Below, piece by piece: positions 20,469 to 30,720 of a DNA stretch of 64,000 bases. Made by a program: the position numbers and the translations under genes. Under the pieces are notes generated by a model. The model ran no database searches. It was given only the letters and a program-made list of their open reading frames with translations, and had not been told where the DNA came from. The DNA is taken from the NCBI GenBank assembly GCA_963812605.1, contig CAWEWF010000006.1, positions 320,001 to 384,000 on the forward strand. Direction: 5' to 3'. Position 1 is the stretch's first letter. Every line of letters begins with the position of its first letter. Source of the DNA: an uncultured Verrucomicrobiae bacterium. GTDB taxonomy: Bacteria > Verrucomicrobiota > Verrucomicrobiia > Palsa-1439.

Positions 20469-21703
20469 CGGTCGCATTCTCCCATCACGAAATCGATGCT
20501 GGCGAGGATGGTGACCATGTCGCTCATCATGTGGCCGCGGGCCATCACGGGCAGCGCCTGCAAATTCACGAAGGACGGCGCGCGAATCTTCAGGCGGTGC
20601 GGCGTGCCGCCGCCCTTGCTGACGATGTAAAAACCCAGTTCGCCCTTCGGATTCTCCGCCGAGAAATAAATTTCGCCCGGGGGCGCGTTGATGCCTTCGG
20701 TGACGTTGATGAATTGGTGAATCAACTCCTCCATTTTCGTCAGCACGGCTTCCTTCTTGGGGAGCAGGATTTTTGCGTCCGGGGAATTCACCGGGCCGTC
20801 CGGCAGATTGTCAATGGCCTGGTGCAAAATGCGCACGCTCTGCCGCATCTCTTCCATGCGGACGAGATAGCGGTCGTAGCTGTCGCCCACGGTCCCGAAA
20901 GGAACGTCGAATTCGAAATCCTCGTACGAGCTGTACGGATGCGATTTGCGGATGTCCCAATCGACACCCGAGCCGCGCAGACACGGACCCGTGACGCCCA
21001 AGTCGATCGCGTCCGCTTTCGTGAGGACGCCGATGCCGCGCGTGCGCTCACAGAAAATGCGGTTGCGCGTCAGCAATTTGTCGACTTCATCGACGGTCGC
21101 CGGGAATTCCTTGAGGAACTTCCGCAGCATCGGGACGAATTCCGGCGGCATGTCGTTGGCCAGGCCGCCGATGCGCGTGTAGCTGGTCGTGAACCGCGCG
21201 CCGCTGATGCATTCGGCCAGGTCGTAAATTTTTTCGCGCTCGCGAAACAGGTAAAGAAAAATGGTCATCGCGCCGATGTCCATGGCGAAGGCCCCGATGC
21301 CGAGGAGATGCGAACTGATGCGCGCCAGCTCGGCGCAAATCACGCGGATATACTGGCAGCGCGGCGGCACATCCATGCCGAGCAGCTTTTCGACGGCATA
21401 GGCGTAGGTCACGTTGTTCGCCAGCGGCGCGAGGTAATCGAGGCGGTCGGTGTACGGGATGAACTGCGTGTAGGTCATGTTCTCGGCGATTTTTTCGTCG
21501 CCGCGATGCAGGTAACCGATATCAGGCCAGACGTTGACGACTTCCTCGCCGTCCAGCTCCAGCACCACGCGCAAGACCCCGTGCGTGCTGGGGTGTTGCG
21601 GTCCCATGTTGATGATCATTTTCTCGCTGCCCAGCGCTTCATCCATCGCCTGCTGGGCGCGGGAGGCGGAATCGATCAACTCCATTTCATGTTGTGTCGC
21701 CAT
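20465..21703 (-). CDS. nuoD: NADH-quinone oxidoreductase subunit D
   Basis: NMGPQHPSTHGVLR, GYLHRG, DFVMGECDR. Confidence 0.97.
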   Translation of the reverse strand: MATQHEMELIDSASRAQQAMDEALGSEKMIINMGPQHPSTHGVLRVVLELDGEEVVNVWPDIGYLHRGDEKIAENMTYTQFIPYTDRLDYLAPLANNVTYAYAVEKLLGMDVPPRCQYIRVICAELARISSHLLGIGAFAMDIGAMTIFLYLFREREKIYDLAECISGARFTTSYTRIGGLANDMPPEFVPMLRKFLKEFPATVDEVDKLLTRNRIFCERTRGIGVLTKADAIDLGVTGPCLRGSGVDWDIRKSHPYSSYEDFEFDVPFGTVGDSYDRYLVRMEEMRQSVRILHQAIDNLPDGPVNSPDAKILLPKKEAVLTKMEELIHQFINVTEGINAPPGEIYFSAENPKGELGFYIVSKGGGTPHRLKIRAPSFVNLQALPVMARGHMMSDMVTILASIDFVMGECDR

Positions 21704-22335
21704 CAAACCGATTCCTTCTTCGTCGGATGCGTCAGCTTGTCCTGTTGCTCGGCAATCGTGTCGTACTGGCGCGGCTCGCGGCGAATCGAACTGCGCGTCC
21801 CGCTCGCGGCCACGAACGGGCCGCCCAGCATGGGTGCGGAGCGCACCGTGTCGGCATTCACGGCGGTTTCGGGCAGTTCCGCCGGAATGCCGGCCAGTGG
21901 AAAATCTTTTCGCAGCGGATAATACGGATAACCTTCCCACATCAGGATGCGCTTGAGGTTGGGATGATTGCGGAAACGGATGCCGAACATGTCGAAGGCT
22001 TCGCGCTCGTGCCAGTTGGCCGTGCCCCAGACGCTGGTGACGCTGTCCACGATCATGTCCTCCTCGGACACCGGCACCTTCAGCCGCAAGCGGCAATGAT
22101 GCTTCAGCGAGTACAGAAGGTAATCGACCTCATAGCGCGGGTCTTCGCCGTAATTGTCCACGCCTGAAAGGTCCGTCAACATGTCAAAATGGCATTCCTT
22201 CTTCAGGAATTCGCAGATGGCCACAATTTTTTCGCGCGGCACGGCAATTGAGAACTCGCCGCGAAATTCGACGGGCGCGGAAATCGCGTCGCCGTATTGC
22301 GCCTTCAATCGATCGATGGCGGCTTGTGGTGTCAT
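21703..22335 (-). CDS. nuoC: NADH-quinone oxidoreductase subunit C
   Basis: ANWHEREAFDMFGI..HPNLKRILM..PLRKDFPL. Confidence 0.96.
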   Translation of the reverse strand: MTPQAAIDRLKAQYGDAISAPVEFRGEFSIAVPREKIVAICEFLKKECHFDMLTDLSGVDNYGEDPRYEVDYLLYSLKHHCRLRLKVPVSEEDMIVDSVTSVWGTANWHEREAFDMFGIRFRNHPNLKRILMWEGYPYYPLRKDFPLAGIPAELPETAVNADTVRSAPMLGGPFVAASGTRSSIRREPRQYDTIAEQQDKLTHPTKKESV

Positions 22336-22339
22336 CGGG

Positions 22340-22930
22340 TCATTCGCCCTTCAACTTTGGCGCGTATTCCCCGCGCACGATGATCGGCCCTGTCACGGGC
22401 GACCACAACCCGGGTTTGCCCTCGGTCTTTTTCATGTTCCCGACGGCCCGTTCCTGGGCGATCTTGCGCTGGATCGCCATCAACCCTTCCAGCAACGCTT
22501 CGGGCCGCGGTGGGCAACCGGAGATATACACGTCCACCGGCAGAAAATGGTCCACGCCCTGCACGACCGCGTAGCTGCGGTACATGCCGCCGGTGCTGGC
22601 GCACGCGCCCATCGCGATGCACCATTTGGGATTGGGCATCTGGTCCCACACGCGCTTGACCACGCCGGCCATTTTGTACACGCAGGTGCCGGCCACGATC
22701 ATCAGGTCGGATTGCCGCGGCGAGAAACGCATCACCTCGGCGCCGAACCGCGCGATATCGAATCGGCTCGCGCCGACGGCCATCAATTCAATGGCGCAAC
22801 AGGCCAGGCCCATCGGCATCGGCCAGCAGGAATTCTTGCGGACCCAATCGATCGCGGCGTCCGCGCGGGTGACAATGACGTCGCGGCCTTCTACCTTGGG
22901 GTCAAATCCAGTTTCGACACGCTCAATCAT
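22340..22930 (-). CDS. nuoB: NADH-quinone oxidoreductase subunit B
   Basis: [38 protein letters not shown]. Confidence 0.96.
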   Translation of the reverse strand: MIERVETGFDPKVEGRDVIVTRADAAIDWVRKNSCWPMPMGLACCAIELMAVGASRFDIARFGAEVMRFSPRQSDLMIVAGTCVYKMAGVVKRVWDQMPNPKWCIAMGACASTGGMYRSYAVVQGVDHFLPVDVYISGCPPRPEALLEGLMAIQRKIAQERAVGNMKKTEGKPGLWSPVTGPIIVRGEYAPKLKGE

Positions 22931-23398
22931 GAAACCACCAATTCCGCTTTCTTGTTGGGCTTCGGAACGGTCGCCGGCCGGTTCACTTGCCAGGTCCTTT
23001 TTGGGCGCCCAATCGAGCGCGCCTTTTTTCCAGGCGTAAATGTGGCCGACTTCGAGGATCCCGAGGAACAGGAACGCGCCGAGAAGCATCTTGATGCCGA
23101 TTCCGCCTTCGGCTACGGGCCGAACCATGTCGCGAAAAACCGCCGCCCAGCCGAGCATGAAAACCACTTCGATGTCGAACAGGATGAACAACATCGCGAT
23201 CACGTAGAATTTCACACTGAAGCGGGTGCGCGCCTCGGTCATCGGCGGCAGGCCGCACTCGTAGGGACTGTCCTTGACCGCATCATGGACGCGCGGTTTG
23301 CCGAGAATCAACGGCACCAGCATCATCGCCGTGGCGAGTCCGATCGCCACCAACATCAGGAGTCCCACCGGGACGTATTGCTGTAATTGTTCGGCCAT
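22927..23398 (-). CDS. nuoA: NADH-quinone oxidoreductase subunit A (apparent fusion to nuoB likely a homopolymer error)
   Basis: [26 protein letters not shown]. Removing one A from the A5 run near 23000 gives a stop overlapping the nuoB ATG (ATGA). Confidence 0.93.
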
Positions 23399-23438
23399 TA
23401 TCAGGTCCACCGCTGCCCCTTACAGTCGCAGGCAGACT

Positions 23439-23456
23439 TTGTGATATATTTCACAA
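23439..23456. promoter_or_regulatory. candidate Rex (or CRP/FNR-family) operator at the nuo promoter
   Basis: Palindrome TTGTGATATATTTCACAA just downstream of a minus-strand TTGCAA-16nt-TAGTTT promoter. Confidence 0.65.
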
Positions 23457-23534
23457 GGAAACTACCAAAACCCGTCCGGCTTGCAAGCGTTCTTTCTCCT
23501 TCAGCAATGTCAGGCGCTCGGCTATCGTTATCGG

Positions 23535-24730
23535 GTGGAAGATGACCCCGTTTTGCTTCGTGAGATTCGGCGTGAAATAGAGGCACGCGACGGACGAATC
23601 ACGTTCGCGCGGTTCATGGAACTGGCGCTGTATCACCCGCGATATGGATACTACACCAAAGCCCTCGGTGGCACGGGCGTCCCTGCCCGTGCGGACACAG
23701 GCACGGAGGCCTGTGCCACCATTCATGGGGCGCTTTCCAAGCGCGAACGCATCGGCAAACAGGGCGATTATTTCACCAGCGTGAGCGTGGGGTCGCTGTT
23801 TGGGAAGATCTTGGCGAAGCAGTTTGTGAAGTTCCGCGAGGAACTGGGCAATCCACCGGAGTTTGCTGTCGTGGAGTTTGGCGGGTACCGGGGCCAATTG
23901 CGCGCCGATGTCCTCGCGGCGGCGCCCGATTTGTCCTACCGCATTGTCGAAGCGGGCGATCCCCTGCCCGACTCGATTGTCGGCTGCGTGTTCTCGAACG
24001 AGTTCCTCGATGCGTTGCCGGTCCATCTGGTGCAGGTGAAAGATGGAACGTGGCAGGAGGTGTACGTCAAGACGGCGTCCCCTCACCCGAACCCTCTCCC
24101 ACAAGGGGAGAGGGGCAAAGTGAAGAGACGGCGTTTGTAGGGCAGGCGTCCCGCTTGCCATATTCCCAACAACGGCAGGCGGGCCGCCTGCCCTACAATA
24201 ATGATGGTGATTTCGTTGAGGTATTAGGCCCGCTTTCCACGCCGCGGCTTGCCGAGCAGCTACGCGATCTGCCCCTTCAATACATGGAAGGCTACCGCTC
24301 GGAGGTGAATTTGCAGGCGCTCAATTGGCTGGCGGACGTGGCGCGGCGGTTGAAACGCGGTTGGATCGTCACCATCGATTACGGTTACGAGCGCAACGAT
24401 TATTTCGCGCCGCACCGCGGCGAGGGCACGTTGCTTTGCTATCACCAGCACGTGAAGAGCGCGAATCCGTACGCAAACATCGGCGAACAGGACATCACGG
24501 CGCATGTCGAGTTCACTTCCTTGATGGAACACGGCAAGACGCTTGGGCTTGAAACTGTTTTGTTTACCGACCAGTCGCACTACCTGTTGCAGATTGGAGA
24601 GTCGGAGATTGCCGGGATTGTCGAACGCACCGCCGGTCAGCCGAGCAAGGAGCGCGCAGCCATCCATCAACTCATCCATCCTGAATTGATGGGGCGCACG
24701 TTCAAGGTGCTGGTGCAGAAGAAGGGATAG
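23535..24730 (+). CDS. SAM-dependent methyltransferase (MidA/NDUFAF7-like) with repeat insertions and a frameshift near 24115
   Basis: ITFARFMELALYHP..GYY, GDYFTS, SNEFLDALPVH, TIDYG, GEQDITAHVEF. Confidence 0.9.
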
Positions 24731-24899
24731 CACTGCCACACTTCGTTTAGAGGGCGTGGCTACTGCCGAGCCGCTGCCGTTCGAGATGCGTCTGCTTCGG
24801 CTCGCCGGGAGGCTCGCCCTCCAAAACCAGCAAATCGGATTGCGGTAAGAAACGTCCTTTTGCTATAAAGAATGCCAACTCTAACAGGAGGTCTGCACT

Positions 24900-25527
24900 G
24901 TGAATGATCAGATTCCCCCTTCGCCCACAACACCGCCCAAAACCAGCGGACTGGCCATTACCAGTTTGGTTCTCGGGATTCTTGGCATTACGTGCATTCT
25001 GCCGGTTTTCGGCGCCATCCTCGCGATTATCTTGCGGGGTCATCGCGCTCAGCCAAATCAACAAGTCCGGTGGTCGCGTTACCGGCCAGGGACAGGCCAT
25101 CGCCGGGCTCGTCCTTGGCGGTGTCGGTTTGGTAATGATTCCCATCATGGCCGCCATGATCCTGCCGGCATTAAACGCTGCACGGGAGCATGCGCGGAGG
25201 TCGAGTGCATGAGCAACCTGAAGCAAATCGGCTTGGCGATGCGATGTATGCGAAGAGCATGACGGAAAGATCCCAGAGAAATTCGAGGACCTGCGACCGT
25301 ACACCACGTTGGACAAGATATATATTTGCCCCTCAGCCAGAGATACCACCAGTCCAAGTTATCAAATCCTGCTGGGCGGAAAAAAGTGGAATAGCGCTGA
25401 AATCGACAACAGCATCGTCGTGACTGAGCCACTGGCGAATCATCGTGTCGGCCGCAACACTTTGTATGGAGACGGGCATGCGTGGTTGTCGAAGCTACGG
25501 AACCAATCGATCGAGCTTGGCGGATAG
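24900..25527 (+). CDS. DUF4190 membrane protein with a C-terminal H-X9-DG domain, frameshifted
   Basis: KTSGLAITSLVLGI, GQGQAIAGLVLG, LPALNAARE..CMSNLKQIGLAM, HRVGRNTLYGDGH. Confidence 0.75.
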
Positions 25528-25551
25528 CGCGCGTGAGGTAGTGTATCCGCC

Positions 25552-26787
25552 ATGTTCGTGGACAAGGTCAAAATTCGCGTCAAGGCGGGGGACGGGGGGA
25601 ACGGGTGTGTTTCGTTTCGACGCGAGAAATATGTCGATCGCGGGGGGCCGGATGGGGGGGACGGCGGCAAGGGCGGCGATATTGTGCTGATGGCGGACAA
25701 GAATATGTCCGATCTTTCCGATTTCTATTACCAGCCGCGGGTCGTTGCCAAGCATGGCGTTCACGGACGCGGGAAAAACTGTTTCGGGCGGAGCGCAAAG
25801 GATGTCATTGTGAGAATCCCCATCGGCACGCAGGTGTTTCGGCTGACGGTGCCGGTGAAGAAGCGCGCACCGTCGAATTACCACCCGGCGGCGGCGACGG
25901 AAGAATTTGACCCGGGCGAAACCGTCGGGATGCCGTTCACGCCGGGGCGGGCGAAACAGCTTGCCGAGGCGTTGCAGGCCGCGCCACCGGTGCCCGTCGA
26001 GACCATTGACGTCGATGAGCTTCCGCCTCTGGATACGGGACGGGAATTGATCGTCGACCTCGTGGAGGACGGGCAGCGATTCATCCTGGCGAAGGGCGGA
26101 CGCGGCGGACGCGGCAATGCGGTGTTCAAAAGCTCGACGCACCAGGCGCCGCGCGAGTTCGAGTACGGCGAGCCGGGCGAGCAACTGGGTGTCGAACTGG
26201 AATTGAAGACGCTGGCCGACGTCGGGTTGGTCGGCTTCCCCAACGCGGGCAAATCGACGCTGATCTCGCAAATCACCAACGCGCATCCCAAGGTCGCGCC
26301 ATATCCCTTCACGACGCTGACGCCCAATGTGGGGATTCTCAACTACGATGACTACACGCGCATCCGTATTGCGGACATTCCGGGATTGATCGAGGGCGCG
26401 CATAACGGGCGCGGGCTTGGCCACGATTTTCTGCGGCACATCGAGCGGTGCCAACTGCTGGTGGTGCTGCTGGACATGGCGGGTGTCGATGGCCGCAATC
26501 CGTACGACGACTATCGGCAACTGCTGGCGGAATTGAAAATGTACAATCCCGAGATCCTGAAAAAGAAGCGGTTGATTGTCGCCAACAAGATGGACCTGCC
26601 GGAAGCGAAGAAGAATCTCGCGGCGTTCAAACGCAAGGCGACAACCGCGCCGCGGACCGGCAAATCAAAGTCTGCCGCAAAAACATCGAAAGCAGTGCGT
26701 CCCAGTATCCGGGTGTTGGAGATTTCGGCGCTGGCGGGCGCGGGGTTGGAGAAATTAAAGCTGGAGTTGCACAAGGCGCTCACGTAG
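25552..26787 (+). CDS. obgE: GTPase ObgE/CgtA
   Basis: MFVDKVKI..GDGGNG, GFPNAGKS, YPFTT, DIPG, NKMD. Confidence 0.97.
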   Translation: MFVDKVKIRVKAGDGGNGCVSFRREKYVDRGGPDGGDGGKGGDIVLMADKNMSDLSDFYYQPRVVAKHGVHGRGKNCFGRSAKDVIVRIPIGTQVFRLTVPVKKRAPSNYHPAAATEEFDPGETVGMPFTPGRAKQLAEALQAAPPVPVETIDVDELPPLDTGRELIVDLVEDGQRFILAKGGRGGRGNAVFKSSTHQAPREFEYGEPGEQLGVELELKTLADVGLVGFPNAGKSTLISQITNAHPKVAPYPFTTLTPNVGILNYDDYTRIRIADIPGLIEGAHNGRGLGHDFLRHIERCQLLVVLLDMAGVDGRNPYDDYRQLLAELKMYNPEILKKKRLIVANKMDLPEAKKNLAAFKRKATTAPRTGKSKSAAKTSKAVRPSIRVLEISALAGAGLEKLKLELHKALT

Positions 26788-26842
26788 CCTCGGTATTCGT
26801 TCGCTGCCAGAAGTTGTCACAGAGTGAGAAGGAGCGAAGCTC

Positions 26843-27319
26843 ATGTTTAAGATTATCGGTGCGGATGGCAAACAGTACGGGCCTGTCAGCGCGGAACAGA
26901 TCCGCCAGTGGTTTGCCGAGGGTCGCGCCAAGCCTGAAACCCTGGTGCAAGCGGAAGGCAGCGCCGAATGGAAACCGCTCGGTCAATTTCCGGAATTAGC
27001 GGCGACGGCCCCGGCCGGAATGGCGCCGCCACCCGTACCGCCGCCAACGGCAGGCGTTCAGCCGCGACCCGATATCCCCAGCTACCTGGCGCCCGCGATT
27101 CTCAGCACGATTTTTTGCTGCATGCCTTTCGGCGTCGTCGCCATCATCTTTGCGGCGCAAGTAAGTTCGAAGCTCAACGCCGGGGATGTACCCGGCGCAC
27201 AGCAAGCCTCGGCCAGGGCGAGGCGTTGGTTTTGGGTGGCTGTTTTGACCGGCTTGATCTTCTCGACTCTCTGGCTGGTGCTCGTCGGCCGTCGCGGCAT
27301 GAGGGCTTATCGATATTGA
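26843..27319 (+). CDS. GYF_2 (DUF4339) plus CD225/dispanin protein
   Basis: IIGADGKQYGPVS..WKPL; ILSTIFCCMPFGVVAIIFAAQV. Confidence 0.85.
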   Translation: MFKIIGADGKQYGPVSAEQIRQWFAEGRAKPETLVQAEGSAEWKPLGQFPELAATAPAGMAPPPVPPPTAGVQPRPDIPSYLAPAILSTIFCCMPFGVVAIIFAAQVSSKLNAGDVPGAQQASARARRWFWVAVLTGLIFSTLWLVLVGRRGMRAYRY

Positions 27320-27327
27320 CCTCTCGG

Positions 27328-27690
27328 ATGAAACTTCTTTGCCTTGGCACGCTGTCCGCCATCGCGACCGCGGCGGTGTTTGCCATTGATCCCGAACGCG
27401 CCAGTATTTTCCCGCCCTGCCCGCTCCATCAATACACCGGCTTGTGGTGCCCGGGCTGCGGGACCACGCGCGCCTTGCATCAGTTGCTTCATGGCAACCT
27501 GGTGGCCGCGTTTTGGTTCAATCCCCTGGCAATTTCGCTGCTGCCGGTGGTCGGTTACCTATTCCTGCGAGGCAAGGAAGACGCGCTAAAACCCGTTTGG
27601 ATTTGGACACTGCTGGGCGTGATCGTGGCGTTTGGCGTGTTGCGCAACATTCCCGCCTATCCGTTCACGCTGTTGGCGCCGCATAGCTAG
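27328..27690 (+). CDS. DUF2752 membrane protein
   Basis: PPCPLHQYTGLWCPGCGTTRALHQLLHG, FGVLRNIP. Confidence 0.88.
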   Translation: MKLLCLGTLSAIATAAVFAIDPERASIFPPCPLHQYTGLWCPGCGTTRALHQLLHGNLVAAFWFNPLAISLLPVVGYLFLRGKEDALKPVWIWTLLGVIVAFGVLRNIPAYPFTLLAPHS

Positions 27691-27710
27691 CGCAATTCGA
27701 AGGAGAGCAC

Positions 27711-28562
27711 ATGTATAAAATCATCGGAGCGGATGGCCGTGAATACGGCCCGGTCACGGTCGAGCAACTGCATCAGTGGATTCGTGAAGGGCGGGCCAAC
27801 GCGCAGACCCGGGTGCAAGTCGAAGGCAGTACCGAATGGAAAAACCTGGCGGAAATCCCGGAATTCGCCGACACGCTTCGCAGTGTTGGCGCGGGTCCCG
27901 CACCACCGCCGGTCGTGGGCGCGGTCGACGCCGAAGCGCTTGCCGCGGAGATTCTGGCGCGAGACTACAACATCGACATCGGAAGCTGCATCAGTCGTGG
28001 CTGGGAACTTGTGAAGAGCGATTTTTGGCTGTTGGTCGGCGCGTCATTCGTAGGCGGAATCATTGCCAGCGGCTGCTGCATCCCGTATTTGGGAATCCTG
28101 ATCGCCTTGATTGTCGGCGGCCCGATGGCGGGCGGCTTGTACGCGCTTTACCTGAAAAAGATCCGGGGACAGCCGGCGGTTTTTGGTGATGCGTTCGTGG
28201 GATTCAGCACCGCGTTCGTGCCGCTGATGCTCACGAAAATCGTCGTCAGCTTTTTGACGGGCCTGGGGTTCCTGCTTTGTATCCTGCCCGGCATTTACGT
28301 GGCCGTTGCCTGGGTGTTTGCCCTGCCCCTGGTGATTGATAAGAAGATTGATTTCTGGCCGGCGATGGAACTGAGTCGCAAGGTCGTGACCAAACACTGG
28401 TGGCTGATGCTGGGGTTCCTGATTGTCTGCGGCCTGGTGGCAATGCTTGGCGTCATTGCCTGTTGCGTTGGTTTGCTGGTGACCTCAGCCATTGTCCAAG
28501 CCGCGCTGATGTACGCCTACGAGGATATCTTTGGCGACCGACCTTCCGCCGAAAATACGTGA
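27711..28562 (+). CDS. GYF_2 (DUF4339) domain membrane protein
   Basis: MYKIIGADGREYGPV followed by a multi-TM region with LLCILPGIY and FWPAMELS. Confidence 0.85.
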   Translation: MYKIIGADGREYGPVTVEQLHQWIREGRANAQTRVQVEGSTEWKNLAEIPEFADTLRSVGAGPAPPPVVGAVDAEALAAEILARDYNIDIGSCISRGWELVKSDFWLLVGASFVGGIIASGCCIPYLGILIALIVGGPMAGGLYALYLKKIRGQPAVFGDAFVGFSTAFVPLMLTKIVVSFLTGLGFLLCILPGIYVAVAWVFALPLVIDKKIDFWPAMELSRKVVTKHWWLMLGFLIVCGLVAMLGVIACCVGLLVTSAIVQAALMYAYEDIFGDRPSAENT

Positions 28563-28890
28563 ACAACTCGCCGGTGGCGGACGCGGCCGCCGAGTGGCCT
28601 GGGGATTTGTCTTGAGCAATCTTGTCCTGCCGGGACTGGGCACGTTCGCCGCGCGGCGTCGCTGGGAGGGCGCGCTGCAGTTGGTCGTCTCGCAAAGCGG
28701 CTTTGCGCTGATGCTGGTGTGGACGAATTCGTTTCTGCGCATGTGGAGGCAACAGGGAAACCTTCCGGAAGATTTCGGCCCGCATGCCGGTCTTTGCGCG
28801 CTTGGGTTGGCGCTCTTTTTCCTGGGATGGATCTGGTCGCTGGCGAGTAGTTACGGCATCCTGCAAGATTCCCGCACGAGCGGTTTGTAA
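28531..28890 (+). CDS. small membrane protein (start uncertain, possibly GTG at 28559 with a frameshift)
   Basis: NLVLPGLGT motif and three hydrophobic segments. Confidence 0.6.
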   Translation: MATDLPPKIREQLAGGGRGRRVAWGFVLSNLVLPGLGTFAARRRWEGALQLVVSQSGFALMLVWTNSFLRMWRQQGNLPEDFGPHAGLCALGLALFFLGWIWSLASSYGILQDSRTSGL

Positions 28891-28924
28891 TTGCCGCCGT
28901 CCGCGAATAGGATTCACCCTGCAC

Positions 28925-30154
28925 ATGGAAACAACGTCGATTCTCCAGCCCGGCCAGCGCGTCGAACTCGACATCACCACGGTCGCCTTTGGCGGTGACG
29001 GCATCGGGCGCGTCGACAACTTTGTGGTGTTCGTGCCCTTCGTCGTGGAAGGCGAACGGGTCGAAGCGGAAATCGTCGAGGTCAGGCGCCGCTACGCCAC
29101 GGCCGATCTCGTGCGCGTGATCACGCCGTCGCCGCGGCGCGTGGAACCGCGCTGTCCGTATTACATGAAGTGCGCGGGCTGCCAGTACCAGCACGTCGAG
29201 TACGCGGGCCAGTTGGAGTTGAAGCGCAAACAGATTCGTGATGTCTTTGAACGCATCGGGAAGATCCCCAACCCGCCCATCGAAGCGGTCGTCGGTTCGC
29301 CGCGCGACTATCACTATCGCAATAAGATCGTTGTCCACGGCCCCGGCAAGCCGGGTTTCTGGAGCCCGCGTGGCCGATCCATCCTCGCCATTGAAGAATG
29401 TCCCATCGCCCGCGAGGAAGTGAACGTGAAGCTCGCGGAGATCAGCCAGCAATCGCTGGAGAACGTCCACGTCACCATCCGCACGAACTCCGCGCATGAG
29501 GTTTGGACGTATTCGGAAACTCGCCGGGCGCATGCTGATTCGCTGGACGAGGATCCCACCGTCGAACTGCCCATCACGCATAAGACCATCGATGAAACGA
29601 TCCTCGGCAAGACCTTGCAAGTGCCGTTGGGGTCATTCTTCCAGGTCAACCGCGAGATTATTGAGTTGGCGCTGCAACATGCCCGCAATATTTTTGCCGC
29701 CAGCGGCTGCAAGATTTTGGTCGATGCGTACTGCGGGGTGGGCCTCTTTGCCCTGATGCTGGCGGACCGCGCCCAGCATGTTTACGGAATCGAGGAGGAC
29801 CCGAAAGCAATCAAGGCGGCCAACGAGAATGCCAAAAGGCTCGACCTGACGAGTTATGATTTTTATCCGGGCAAGACTGAGCGGCTACTGTTTTACACGC
29901 TGCGCCAATGCAAGCTCGACGAGACGTGTTTGATTCTCGACCCACCGCGTTCCGGTTGCGCGCCGGTGGTGCTCAAGACCCTGCGCGAGCAAAAGCCGCG
30001 CAAAATCATTTACGTTTCATGCGCGCCTGCAATGCTCGCGCGCGACATCAAAGACCTCACCGCTCATGATTACAAACTGGAGCGGGTCACCCCCTTCGAC
30101 ATGTTCCCGCAAACCGCGCACTGCGAGGCCGTGGCGGAACTGACACGCCTTTAA
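28925..30154 (+). CDS. rlmD: TRAM-domain RNA (uracil-5)-methyltransferase, RlmD/TrmA family
   Basis: CPYYMKCAGCQYQH, SFFQVN, DAYCGVG, LDPPRSG, YVSC, DMFPQTAHCE. Confidence 0.9.
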   Translation: METTSILQPGQRVELDITTVAFGGDGIGRVDNFVVFVPFVVEGERVEAEIVEVRRRYATADLVRVITPSPRRVEPRCPYYMKCAGCQYQHVEYAGQLELKRKQIRDVFERIGKIPNPPIEAVVGSPRDYHYRNKIVVHGPGKPGFWSPRGRSILAIEECPIAREEVNVKLAEISQQSLENVHVTIRTNSAHEVWTYSETRRAHADSLDEDPTVELPITHKTIDETILGKTLQVPLGSFFQVNREIIELALQHARNIFAASGCKILVDAYCGVGLFALMLADRAQHVYGIEEDPKAIKAANENAKRLDLTSYDFYPGKTERLLFYTLRQCKLDETCLILDPPRSGCAPVVLKTLREQKPRKIIYVSCAPAMLARDIKDLTAHDYKLERVTPFDMFPQTAHCEAVAELTRL

Positions 30155-30163
30155 GAGCAGGGA

Positions 30164-30646
30164 CTAGCTCATACTCTCACAAACTCGCGCATCCAACGTT
30201 TTGCTGAATTGGACAGTCTCGACTTCGCCATAAAAACCTCGGCCCGTCTCTTGGTAGCCGTGCTTGCGATAAAACTCCAGCGTCAATGGGCGTCTTCGGG
30301 CTGTTTCCATGCAGAGCGTGCGAATGCCAGACTGAAACGCTATCCGCTCCAACTCTCGCAGCAATTGTGTGCCGAAGCCTTTGCCTTGAAGTTCACGCTC
30401 AATCCGCATACGCCGCAACTCGGCTGAGGTGTCCGAGAGCCTCTTGAAGCCGCCCATCGCGACAAGCTTCTCGTTGATGAAACCGATCAGAAACTCGCCG
30501 CCAGCGCGGAGATAAACCTGCTCGATTGCCATGAGGTCGGCCTCGTCATCCTGCTGACTCATGCCCAAGGTGAATCCCGCGATGGCGCTGCGATGAAGCG
30601 CGAGCATCGCCTCTCGATGTTCGGGTTGATAACGAATGAGCCGCAT
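30164..30646 (-). CDS. GNAT family N-acetyltransferase (cassette)
   Basis: AELRRMRI..QGKGFG..FYRKHGY. Confidence 0.9.
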   Translation of the reverse strand: MRLIRYQPEHREAMLALHRSAIAGFTLGMSQQDDEADLMAIEQVYLRAGGEFLIGFINEKLVAMGGFKRLSDTSAELRRMRIERELQGKGFGTQLLRELERIAFQSGIRTLCMETARRRPLTLEFYRKHGYQETGRGFYGEVETVQFSKTLDARVCESMS

Positions 30647-30663
30647 GGATGCGTTCCGGTGCT

Positions 30664-30720
30664 GCCTAACGACGAGAACTGAAGCAGCCGACCGGCGCTC
30701 GCTCCGGTGACCGGTCAGGC
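30664..30720 (-). other. attC-like site (degenerate)
   Basis: Minus strand GCCTGAC CGGTCACCGGAGC ... CTTCAGTTCTCGTC GTTAGGC; upstream gene stop lies in the left core. Confidence 0.65.

Noticed and set aside
22340-23410. Apparent NuoA-NuoB fusion protein
   Set aside because: Deleting one A from a 5-A run gives NuoA ending [23 protein letters not shown] with an ATGA overlap on nuoB, so a homopolymer error is the simpler explanation.
25840-26040. ~55-aa insertion in the Obg domain as a repeat-derived insert
   Set aside because: No palindrome or REP similarity was seen; it is probably an ordinary lineage-specific loop.
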